Of a stretch of DNA of 64,000 nt, positions 56,105-64,000 are shown piece after piece. Made by a program: the position numbers and the translations under genes. The notes under the pieces are model-generated. The model was not told where the DNA came from. It saw nothing but the letters and a program-made list of their open reading frames with translations, and made no database searches. Every line of letters starts with the position of its first letter. The first letter of the stretch is position 1. Source of the stretch: Myxococcota bacterium (lineage in GTDB: Bacteria; Myxococcota_A; SURF-8); the NCBI GenBank assembly GCA_965140415.1, contig OZ223209.1:160001-224000 (forward strand), read 5' to 3'.

Positions 56105-57466
56105 TCACCTGCCCTCGATGACCTCGGCGATGGCCCTGGCGCACTCGCGTCCGCTGCGGGCTGCGTCGTCCATGCCGACTCCCTCCACGTAATTGCCGAT
56201 GACCGACAAGTGCCCGATCTGTTCGCCCAGCTCTTGAATGCGGCGCACGCGCTCGCGATGTCCGTGCGTAAACTGCGGGATTGCGTGGGGGTGTTTTAAA
56301 ACCTTATGAAACACCGGTTTCATGCGACGACCCAGAATGCGTTCCAGATCCTGCAAGGTGTCTTCGATCAGGGTCTCGTCGTTTTCGTTTACCGCCTGCG
56401 GATCGAAGGAGCCGCCGATATACACGGTTAACAGTTCATGACCTTCAGGCGCGCGCACCGGGTAGAGCTTGCTCATGAAAATACAGCCCAGCAGGCGCAC
56501 CTGTTGATTGCGCGGCACGAGAAAACCGAAGCCGTCCGGGATCGCAGCCGCGTCTTCACCGTTAACGGCCAGATGCGCCACGGCAACGGGTGCCATTTCG
56601 ATCTGATCGAAGAGCGCTCCCATTTGCGGAAATACCGGTTTGACCAGCATTGATGCGCGGTGCGGCGGCGTGGCCAGCACCAGATGCCTGGCGCGATAGG
56701 CGGCGACGTCGGTATTCACCTGCCAGCCGACCTTGTCGGAGATGATTTTCTTGACCGTTTCCGACAAATTCAGGCTGTTTCCCAGATCCATCGCCAGCCG
56801 CTCGGTGAGTACACCCAGTCCTTCGTCGAAACTGAACAGGCCGCGCAGCTTGGCGCGTTCGCCGCGCTCCTTGCGCTTTTTCTTCATATATTTGCGCGCC
56901 CCGGAAATCATCGAGCCGCTTTCCTTTTCCCAGCTCCACATCTTGGCAAAGGCGTCTGGAGCCGAGAGCCGTTCGGGATCGCCCGCATAGACGCCGGAAA
57001 TAAACGGCGCGATGACCCAGTCTGCCGCTTCCTTGCCCAATCGACGAATGAAGAACTCGCGCGCGCTTTCTTTTTCCGAGGCCCGATTGGGCATGAAGGG
57101 TTCCATCATCAAGCGCAACTTGCCGGGAAAACTGACGAATCCTGAAGAAAGGAAACTACCGGGCGAAGTCGGCAGACGATTCAAATTTCCTTCCCGATAA
57201 ATGTAGCGGGAATTGCCTGCCGCGCGCGCCGGTAACAGGCGATTTTCCAGCCCCAGCAATTCGATCAATTCCCAGATGGCGTCGCTGGAGGCCATGAAAC
57301 TGTGCGGTCCCTGCTCCAGCGTGTAGCCGTCGAGTTTCTCACTGCGCAGATTTCCGCCCGCCTTTTCGGCGACTTCGATCACGCGCACGGAAATACCCTC
57401 GCGTCGCAGATAATGGGCGCAACTCAATCCGGCCACCCCGCCGCCGATGATCACGACATCTTTCAT
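56105..57466 (-). CDS. hemY: protoporphyrinogen oxidase, HemY (FAD) type
   Basis: IIGGGVAGL, AGG..S, EQGPHSF, SGVYAGDPERLS, GFGFLVP, AIPQF, GNYVEGVG. Confidence 0.92.
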   Translation of the reverse strand: MKDVVIIGGGVAGLSCAHYLRREGISVRVIEVAEKAGGNLRSEKLDGYTLEQGPHSFMASSDAIWELIELLGLENRLLPARAAGNSRYIYREGNLNRLPTSPGSFLSSGFVSFPGKLRLMMEPFMPNRASEKESAREFFIRRLGKEAADWVIAPFISGVYAGDPERLSAPDAFAKMWSWEKESGSMISGARKYMKKKRKERGERAKLRGLFSFDEGLGVLTERLAMDLGNSLNLSETVKKIISDKVGWQVNTDVAAYRARHLVLATPPHRASMLVKPVFPQMGALFDQIEMAPVAVAHLAVNGEDAAAIPDGFGFLVPRNQQVRLLGCIFMSKLYPVRAPEGHELLTVYIGGSFDPQAVNENDETLIEDTLQDLERILGRRMKPVFHKVLKHPHAIPQFTHGHRERVRRIQELGEQIGHLSVIGNYVEGVGMDDAARSGRECARAIAEVIEGR

Positions 57467-58443
57467 GCTCTGTCCTTATCCGCGTTTTCAATCGTTTTAC
57501 GCACCAGTTCCGCCAATCCGGCGATGAATCCGGCGTCGGTTTGTACCGTTGGAATCCGCTCGAAGCGTCCTGAGCCTGCTTGCTTGGCCAGTTCGCGTAC
57601 CTCGACATCCAGTTCGTACAAGGTTTCGATATGTTCGCTGACGAAACTGACCGGCACCAGCAGCAAGTCGTTACCGGTGGCGGCCACTTCTCGCACGGTT
57701 TCGTCCAGATACGGTTGCAGCCAACGCACCGGACCCAGTCGGCTTTGAAACGCAAGCCGATGTGCAACGCCTTCCGGCAATCGCTCGATCAGAGCCTGCA
57801 CCGTCTGCTCGATATGCTCCGGGTAAGGATCACCCTTGTTCACAGCCCGTTGAGGCAGGCCATGAGCGCTGAAAATCACCGTCGGATTGTTCAGATACGG
57901 CAGGCGGGAGTCGATCTCGTTGGCCATGGCGTCGATATAGCCAGGTAATGTCGGATAGGCCCCGACTGCATGAACGCCCAACCCGGCTTTCGCCGCCGCC
58001 TGCGTGAAATCTTTCAGAGAGCTTTCCGTAGTGGCGTGGCTGGCGTGTGGATAGAGCGGAAGCGCGACCACGTGTTCTACTCCCTGCTCAACGAGTTGCT
58101 TCACGGCGTCTTCGGCTCGCGGCTCGCTGTAGCGCATGGCGATGACCACCGGATAATTGTTAACCGAAAGCTGTTGTTGCAATGCCGCAGCCTGGGCGCG
58201 TGTCTGCTCCAAGATCGGCGAACCGCCGCCGATGGCCTGATAGCGCGGAATGACCAGGGGAGCGCGTTTGCGGCTGATACGCGCGGCGATCATGCGCCGC
58301 ACCGGAGCGATGGGAATGCCGATGATGTGAGGATCGCTGAGCAGATTATACAAAAAGGGACGTACCTGCTCGGTATTGGCCGGTCCACCCATGTTCAATA
58401 GTGCTACGCCCCAGCGTGGGGAATGTGATGCCTCGTGACTCAT
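57463..58443 (-). CDS. hemH: ferrochelatase
   Basis: LLNMGGP, YQAIGGGSP, AMRYSEP, LPLYPH, FSAHGLP, FQSRLGPVRWLQP, SFVSEHIETLYELD. Confidence 0.95.
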   Translation of the reverse strand: MSHEASHSPRWGVALLNMGGPANTEQVRPFLYNLLSDPHIIGIPIAPVRRMIAARISRKRAPLVIPRYQAIGGGSPILEQTRAQAAALQQQLSVNNYPVVIAMRYSEPRAEDAVKQLVEQGVEHVVALPLYPHASHATTESSLKDFTQAAAKAGLGVHAVGAYPTLPGYIDAMANEIDSRLPYLNNPTVIFSAHGLPQRAVNKGDPYPEHIEQTVQALIERLPEGVAHRLAFQSRLGPVRWLQPYLDETVREVAATGNDLLLVPVSFVSEHIETLYELDVEVRELAKQAGSGRFERIPTVQTDAGFIAGLAELVRKTIENADKDRA

Positions 58444-58450
58444 GACCCAC

Positions 58451-59860
58451 CTACACCGTTTGAGAATAGCGCCGCTGGGTGAGATCTTGTTCCAGATAGG
58501 CGTCGAAGACCATGCAGATGTTGCGGATAAAGGCGCGTCCAAGCGGCGAAACCTGAATCCGCTCGCCATCCAGTGTCAGCAGTCCATCCTGCTGCATCGG
58601 GACTAAGCGCTCCAACTCGTCGGCGAAAGCCTGATTGAAATCAATTCCCCAACGCTGCCCGAAAGCGTGACCGTCCAATTCGAAATTACAGAATAGATCG
58701 ATAATCAACTCCCGGCGCAAGTCGTCCTGCTCACTTAGCAGATAACCGCGTTCGAAAGCCGGACGACCTTTTTGCATGGCTTTGTGATAACCTTCGAAAT
58801 TCTTGCTGTTTTGTGCGTAAGTCCGTGAAACGGAACTGATGGCCGATACACCGAAACCGGCCAGATCCAGGCCGCGCCGGGTGGTGTAACCCATGAAGTT
58901 GCGATGCAGACTGCCCTTGGCCAACGCCAGGCAGAGTTCGTCTTCGGGTCGGGCGAAATGGTCCATTCCCACCGGGATATAGCCCGCCTGCGTGAAGATG
59001 TCGTAGGCGATTCCGAATAGCGCCAGTTTTTCATCCGGTCCGGGTATGGGGTGTTTTTCCAGCACCTTTTGATTCGATTTCATCCAGGGAACGTGCGCGT
59101 AGCTGTATAGTGCAATGCGCGAAGGCGAAAGTTGCACCGTTTGTTCTGCCGTGGCCTGCATGGTCTCCGGCGTTTGTCCAGGCAGACCGTAGATCAGATC
59201 GAAATTGACGGCCTGGCGTCCACGGGAGCGCAATGCCGTTACCAAGGCTTGTGTATGTTCCAACGATTGTTTGCGGTGGATGATATCGAGTACGCGCGGG
59301 TCGAAGTCCTGCACGCCCATCGAAAAGCGATTGAAACCCTGCTGCACCAGCACGTCCACGTGTTCTTCGGTTACGGTGCGCGGATCGATTTCTACCGAAA
59401 TTTCCGCACCTTCTCCAAAATGCCAGATCTCTTTCATGCACAGCATCATGCGTTCGAAACGCTCGGGCGTTAAAAACGTCGGCGTGCCGCCGCCCAGGCT
59501 GAGTTGCAGAACCGGGCGCGACGGATCCAGCGTTTGTGCGACCAGCTCGAATTCCCGCAACAGCGAATCGAGATAAGGATCCGCGCTTTCCGGGCGACTG
59601 GAAATATGAGTGAAACAGCCGCAGAAAAAGCAGCGCTCCCGGCAGAATGGAATGTGGACGTAAAAGGACAGGCCACGCTGCGGTTGCTCCTCGTTACCCG
59701 ACTTCCAGCGTCGCTGCAACTCATCCCAATCCAGATCGGGTGTGAAGTGCGGAGCGGTCGGATAGCTGGTGTAGCGTGGCCCGGCAGTGGCGTAACGTTG
59801 CAACAATTCCTTGGGCGCAAGCGCGGGATTGGGGGGAATCGCTAGCGGATCGGTCGGCAT
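58451..59860 (-). CDS. hemN: oxygen-independent coproporphyrinogen III dehydrogenase (radical SAM)
   Basis: GPRYTSYPTA, HIPFCRERCFFCGC, GGGTPT, SMGVQDF, DLIYGLP, GMDHFA, LHRNFMGYT (true HemN motifs, not HemW). Confidence 0.95.
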   Translation of the reverse strand: MPTDPLAIPPNPALAPKELLQRYATAGPRYTSYPTAPHFTPDLDWDELQRRWKSGNEEQPQRGLSFYVHIPFCRERCFFCGCFTHISSRPESADPYLDSLLREFELVAQTLDPSRPVLQLSLGGGTPTFLTPERFERMMLCMKEIWHFGEGAEISVEIDPRTVTEEHVDVLVQQGFNRFSMGVQDFDPRVLDIIHRKQSLEHTQALVTALRSRGRQAVNFDLIYGLPGQTPETMQATAEQTVQLSPSRIALYSYAHVPWMKSNQKVLEKHPIPGPDEKLALFGIAYDIFTQAGYIPVGMDHFARPEDELCLALAKGSLHRNFMGYTTRRGLDLAGFGVSAISSVSRTYAQNSKNFEGYHKAMQKGRPAFERGYLLSEQDDLRRELIIDLFCNFELDGHAFGQRWGIDFNQAFADELERLVPMQQDGLLTLDGERIQVSPLGRAFIRNICMVFDAYLEQDLTQRRYSQTV

Positions 59861-59863
59861 GGC

Positions 59864-60895
59864 TCAGGCTCCAAGCTTGGTGATTTCATCTACGAACGCG
59901 GCAACGCCTTCGATCGGCGTATTGGGCCAGATACCGTGTCCAAGGTTGAAAATGTGGCCGCTCTGCCCGTCCAGTTCGGCGGCCATTTCACGCACGCGGC
60001 GGCGGATATGCGCTTCCGGCGCGAACAGTTCAGCCGGGTCCAGGTTGCCCTGGGTGGCGCTGCGACCCGCAATATGTTTACGCGCAACAGACAGCGGTGT
60101 GCGGTAATCGATGCCCAGGACCTGCACCCCGATTTCGGAGAGCGGCTCCAGGTAGGGACCGATACCGTTGATGTAATAGATGATCGGAGTCTTCGTTTCG
60201 CGCAGACCATCGACTAAATACGTCAAGGTAGGAAGCACCAGCTTTTCGAATTGCAACGGCGACAATTCCCCCGCCCAGGTGTCGAAAAGCTGTAGCGCAT
60301 CCGCGCCTTGTTCGATCTGCATACGCAGATATCGCAGCAGTACCGAGCTTAAGCGCTCCAATAACTCATGGATGAACCCCGGATCGCTGTAGGCGCGGGC
60401 GCGCAGGGCAGGACGGCGCTTGGCTTCGCCGCCGGTGATCATATAGGTGGCCAGCGTGTATGGCGCACCGGAAAATCCGATTAACGCCTTGTCCTCTCCG
60501 ACACCCTGCCGGATGGCTTGCAAAGCCTGACCGACATATCCCAGCGCCTGCTCCACATCCGGGTCTACCAGGCGGTCGATGTCCTTCAAACTGCGCAAAG
60601 GTGGGGCCAATCGCGGGCCACCGTCGGGGAAGCTGACATCCATGCCCATCGCTTCAGGCACTACCAGAATATCCGAAAAGAGGATAGCGGCATCCAGTTC
60701 GAAACGTCGGAAGGGTTGCTCTGCGACTTCCCGCGCCAAAGCCGGGGTGCGGCAGACTTCCTCGAAGGAATGCTTCTCCTTGATCGCCATGTATTCCGGC
60801 AGATAGCGGCCCGCCTGGCGCATCAACCAGACCGGGGGACGATCGACCGGCAAGCCTTTGCAGGCGGCCAGAAAACGTTCTTTTCCCTTCATCAT
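59864..60895 (-). CDS. hemE: uroporphyrinogen decarboxylase
   Basis: PVWLMRQAGRYLPEY, AAILFSDIL, IGFSGAPYTLATY, QLFDTWAG, QGNLDP, IFNLGHG. Confidence 0.96.
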   Translation of the reverse strand: MMKGKERFLAACKGLPVDRPPVWLMRQAGRYLPEYMAIKEKHSFEEVCRTPALAREVAEQPFRRFELDAAILFSDILVVPEAMGMDVSFPDGGPRLAPPLRSLKDIDRLVDPDVEQALGYVGQALQAIRQGVGEDKALIGFSGAPYTLATYMITGGEAKRRPALRARAYSDPGFIHELLERLSSVLLRYLRMQIEQGADALQLFDTWAGELSPLQFEKLVLPTLTYLVDGLRETKTPIIYYINGIGPYLEPLSEIGVQVLGIDYRTPLSVARKHIAGRSATQGNLDPAELFAPEAHIRRRVREMAAELDGQSGHIFNLGHGIWPNTPIEGVAAFVDEITKLGA

Positions 60896-60934
60896 CCGCG
60901 TTGTTCTCCTCTTTCAGCCTTGCCAAGATTCCAG

Positions 60935-60986
60935 ATGATACCCGAATTTGCACTCTTTGTGTCATGGTTTTGTCACAAATTGTCGA
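60935..60986 (-). promoter_or_regulatory. hem operon promoter candidate with tandem TGTCA direct repeats
   Basis: TGTCAT-5 nt-TGTCAC-4 nt-TGTCGA at 60960-60986; minus-strand TATCAT -10 at 60935-60940. Confidence 0.45.
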
Positions 60987-61180
60987 TATCACCGGTTTAT
61001 AGGAAGGAAATTGTGTTCGAAAGAATCCTTTTCTATGGATTTTCATGAGCTGCCTTTCTTATCCTTTGATTTGTGATGGAGTAGCGCTTGCATTTCCCGG
61101 CGCTTTTTGAATAATGGATTACATGATTCCCGGGAGCGGGTGTCCTTCGAGTCTCCCGGACAGCCATGGGACGAGGTCAA

Positions 61181-63151
61181 ATGCCAGAATCGAATAAAAA
61201 GCCCAAGTATACTGTGCGCTTCCTCCCCGATGACATCGAAGTCAAAGCCCGCGAAGGGGAAAACCTGCTGCGCACGGCAGTCGAACATGGAATACATATC
61301 GACGCCAACTGCGGTGGGGCGGGTGTTTGTGGAAAATGCGTCGTGCAGGTCGAGGGAAAAACGCTGTCTCATCCGGCCCGCAAGCGGATGGAAGATCTAC
61401 CCGAGGGTCACGTGCTGGCCTGCCGCACGGACATCATGGGCGATGTCACCGTGACGCTCTCGGCTGCGACGCGCGTTCAGGGCACCTTGCCATCCAGAAG
61501 CGGAGACGCAAAGGGGCGTGTGCGGCTGAGCGGGTTGGATATCGACAACCTGTTGGAAGGTCGTCCCCTTCAACCGATTATGACCAAGGTTCACCTGCAA
61601 CTGCCCGCCGCTACACAGGATTCCAACCTGACCGACAGGCTGCGCTTGTATCAGGAGCTTAAAGCCAAGGTGGATATCGTCGATCACTCGATGGATTTCG
61701 AGCTGCTAAAAGAACTTCCGAGCAAGATTCGCCAGAGCGAGGGCGACATCACGGCGACGGTGATTGTGGATCGCCCGGAGCTTTTCTCTACCTGTCTACC
61801 GTCTATCGTTGCTGTGGAAGACGGCGATACGACGGATGCGTTTTACGCGCTCGCTTTCGACATCGGCACGACTTCCGTCTGGGCGCAGTGGATCGATCTG
61901 AAAAGCGGAGAAGTCCTGGCGCAAGCCGCCGACTACAACGATCAGATCCGCTACGGAGCGGATGTCATCAACCGTATTCTGGCCTGCCGTAAGCGTGAAG
62001 GATTGCCGATGGTGCAGAAGGCGGTGATCGACACCATGAACCGCCTGATCGAAAAAATGACCGAATCGAACGGGCTTTTACCCGGGCAAGTCTCCTATAT
62101 GGTTATTGCCGGAAACACCACCATGAGCCAGATTCTGTACGGCATCGACCCCACATACATCCAGTTGTCGCCGCATACGCCGACGACGCGCTATTATCCG
62201 CCGGTGCGGGCCAGCGATTTGGGCTTGAACCTGCCGCCGCACGTGCTGCTTTTGGGTGTTCCTTCCGTTTCAGCCTGGGTGGGAGGCGATATCGTGGCGG
62301 GTGTGCTCGCTTCCAAGATTGCCGCGCAGGAAAAGATGACGCTCTTTATCGACATGGGCACCAATGGTGAAATCGTGCTGGGAAATCAGGAGTTTTTGCT
62401 AACGGCGTCCTGTTCGGCGGGACCGGCTTTTGAAGGCGGAGATATCGAATTCGGTATGCGCGCCATGGACGGCGCCATAGAAGACTTCCACTTGAATGCA
62501 CCCGATGCCGAGCCGATGGTGTTGACGATCGGTCAGCAACCGGCCTTGGGAATCTGTGGCTCGGGTCTGATCAATATCATCGCCGGGCTGTTTTTGGCCG
62601 GAGTGCTTCAGCCGGACGGCAAGTTCATCGAAGCGTCGCGTTGTCCGCGTTTGAAGACCGGGGAAAACGGCACGGAATACGTGCTGGTTTATGCGGAAGC
62701 TTCCGGTGTCGGCAAAGACATCACGATCAACGAAATGGACGTAGACAACCTGCTGCGCGCCAAGTCCGCCATCTATGCGGGAATCCGAACCCTGGTGATG
62801 GAAAGCGGTTTCGACATGTCGATGATCGAGCAGGTTTTAATCGCCGGTTCCTTCGGTCAGAGCATCGATATCGAAAAAGCCATTACCATCGGTCTGATGC
62901 CCGATCTGCCGCCGGAGAATTACTTCTTTATCGGTAACGGTTCGCTATTGGGTGCGCGGTTGACGGTGCAATGTGCGGACTGCATGGCCGAAGGTAACGA
63001 TATCGCCAGCAAAATGACGTATATCGATTTGGGCACCAATTCGCGTTTCATGGACGAATATACAGCGGGGAACTTTTTACCCCACACCAACCGGGAGAAT
63101 TTCCCTTCGGTATTTGCATTGATCGACAAAAACGGCAAGAATTCTCCGTAA
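61181..63151 (+). CDS. ASKHA-domain [2Fe-2S] reductive activator of corrinoid proteins (RACo/AcsV, DUF4445)
   Basis: CGGAGVCGKC...LAC ferredoxin domain, AFDIGTT, YGADVINRI, AGNTTM, VGGDIVAG, IDMGTNGE, CSAGPAFEG, GICGSG, AGSFG, GNGSL. Confidence 0.92.
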   Translation: MPESNKKPKYTVRFLPDDIEVKAREGENLLRTAVEHGIHIDANCGGAGVCGKCVVQVEGKTLSHPARKRMEDLPEGHVLACRTDIMGDVTVTLSAATRVQGTLPSRSGDAKGRVRLSGLDIDNLLEGRPLQPIMTKVHLQLPAATQDSNLTDRLRLYQELKAKVDIVDHSMDFELLKELPSKIRQSEGDITATVIVDRPELFSTCLPSIVAVEDGDTTDAFYALAFDIGTTSVWAQWIDLKSGEVLAQAADYNDQIRYGADVINRILACRKREGLPMVQKAVIDTMNRLIEKMTESNGLLPGQVSYMVIAGNTTMSQILYGIDPTYIQLSPHTPTTRYYPPVRASDLGLNLPPHVLLLGVPSVSAWVGGDIVAGVLASKIAAQEKMTLFIDMGTNGEIVLGNQEFLLTASCSAGPAFEGGDIEFGMRAMDGAIEDFHLNAPDAEPMVLTIGQQPALGICGSGLINIIAGLFLAGVLQPDGKFIEASRCPRLKTGENGTEYVLVYAEASGVGKDITINEMDVDNLLRAKSAIYAGIRTLVMESGFDMSMIEQVLIAGSFGQSIDIEKAITIGLMPDLPPENYFFIGNGSLLGARLTVQCADCMAEGNDIASKMTYIDLGTNSRFMDEYTAGNFLPHTNRENFPSVFALIDKNGKNSP

Positions 63152-63238
63152 AGCAATTCCGTTTGCGAGCTAGGAAGATCTTTCGCGTTGGGCAACACAC
63201 TCAAGTTGAACGAGTAAACCACAAGTTGGGAGATAACA

Positions 63239-64000
63239 ATGGGTAACAAGGTAATCGCCGTATCCGGCAAGGGCGGAACCGGTAAGACTACGGTAGCGGC
63301 GCTGGCGATGCACAGCTTGATTAAAATGAATCGCCGACCGGTGCTGGGCGTGGATGCCGATCCGAACAGCAACCTGGGCGAAACGCTGGGTTTGGATATC
63401 GACATGACCATCGGCGACATGCTGGAAGATTTCCTGCGTGATCCAACCGTCGTGCCGGGCAGCATGACCAAGGATGTGTACTTGCAGATGCGCATGAACC
63501 AGGTACTGGTTGAGCGAAAAGGATTCGATCTGCTGGTGATGGGTCGACCGGAGGGACCGGGCTGCTATTGCATGGTCAACAACATCCTGCGCCAGTTTCT
63601 GGAAGAATTGCACGACAACTACAAGGTTGCCGTCATCGATAACGAAGCGGGTATGGAGCACTTCAGCCGCAATACCAATGCCCACATCGATAGTTTGTGG
63701 CTGGTGACCGATCATGCACTGCGCGGACTGCGCGCGGTGAAGCGCATCAAGCAAATGATCGATGGCATGCGCTTGGATGTCGATGAAATGGGTATCGTCG
63801 TCAACCGTGCGCCCGAACAGCTTTCTCCGGCTTTTCTGGCGGAACAGGAAAGTATCGGTCTGCCGATCTGGGGCACGATTCCCAGCGATCCATTGATGCA
63901 AACCTTCGATCTCGAGCAGAAATCGATGATGGAATTGCCCGATGATTCTCCCGCCGGTCTGGCTGTAGAAGCGCTATTGAAGAAAACTCTCGGTGAGTAA
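63239..64000 (+). CDS. cooC: CooC/AcsF nickel-insertion ATPase for CODH/ACS
   Basis: SGKGGTGKTT, VDADPNSNL, MGRPEGPGCYC, DNEAGMEHFSR. Confidence 0.9.
   Translation: MGNKVIAVSGKGGTGKTTVAALAMHSLIKMNRRPVLGVDADPNSNLGETLGLDIDMTIGDMLEDFLRDPTVVPGSMTKDVYLQMRMNQVLVERKGFDLLVMGRPEGPGCYCMVNNILRQFLEELHDNYKVAVIDNEAGMEHFSRNTNAHIDSLWLVTDHALRGLRAVKRIKQMIDGMRLDVDEMGIVVNRAPEQLSPAFLAEQESIGLPIWGTIPSDPLMQTFDLEQKSMMELPDDSPAGLAVEALLKKTLGE

Noticed and set aside
60900-61180. Cobalamin riboswitch, or Rex/FNR site, in the hemE-RACo spacer
   Set aside because: No B12-box was recognised; TTGTG...CACAA has a 12-nt spacer (Rex needs 8) and TTGAT lacks the matching ATCAA.

Overview
Chromosomal housekeeping and accessory region of a GC-rich, probably anaerobic Gram-negative bacterium. 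The PEGA, TPR and Cys-rich lipoprotein content looks deltaproteobacterial/Myxococcota-like, which is inference only. Contents from left to right: (1) a minus-strand 2-oxoacid/acyl-CoA fermentation cluster (por/nifJ, family-I CoA-transferase alpha and beta, ptb-like, buk-like, iorA, partial iorB); (2) a radC/JAB gene behind a sigma54-like promoter, a lipoprotein lipase, a small Cys-rich protein, a SAM methyltransferase and a DUF362 protein; (3) a GspE/PilB ATPase, GspF/PilC and a large TPR membrane protein; (4) thrABC; (5) a four-gene surface-protein operon (FGE-sulfatase lipoprotein, small beta-barrel-like protein, PEGA protein, 1000-aa Cys-repeat lipoprotein) with a divergent AT-rich lipoprotein gene; (6) an RND efflux system; (7) an in-frame glutamate racemase-MurD fusion preceded by an O-antigen-ligase/TPR gene; (8) a complete heme pathway cluster (hemE-N-H-Y-A-C-D-L-HK-RR-hemB) with an embedded OmpR-type two-component system; (9) an ASKHA/RACo corrinoid activator and cooC/acsF. 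No rRNA, tRNA, CRISPR array, transposase or reverse transcriptase was seen. The most notable items are the MurI-MurD fusion, a 'DGD' acidic repeat shared by four unrelated lipoproteins, the beta-barrel/PEGA/Cys-repeat operon, and the heme operon whose candidate regulator site sits at its promoter. All calls are by eye from motifs; no database search was run.
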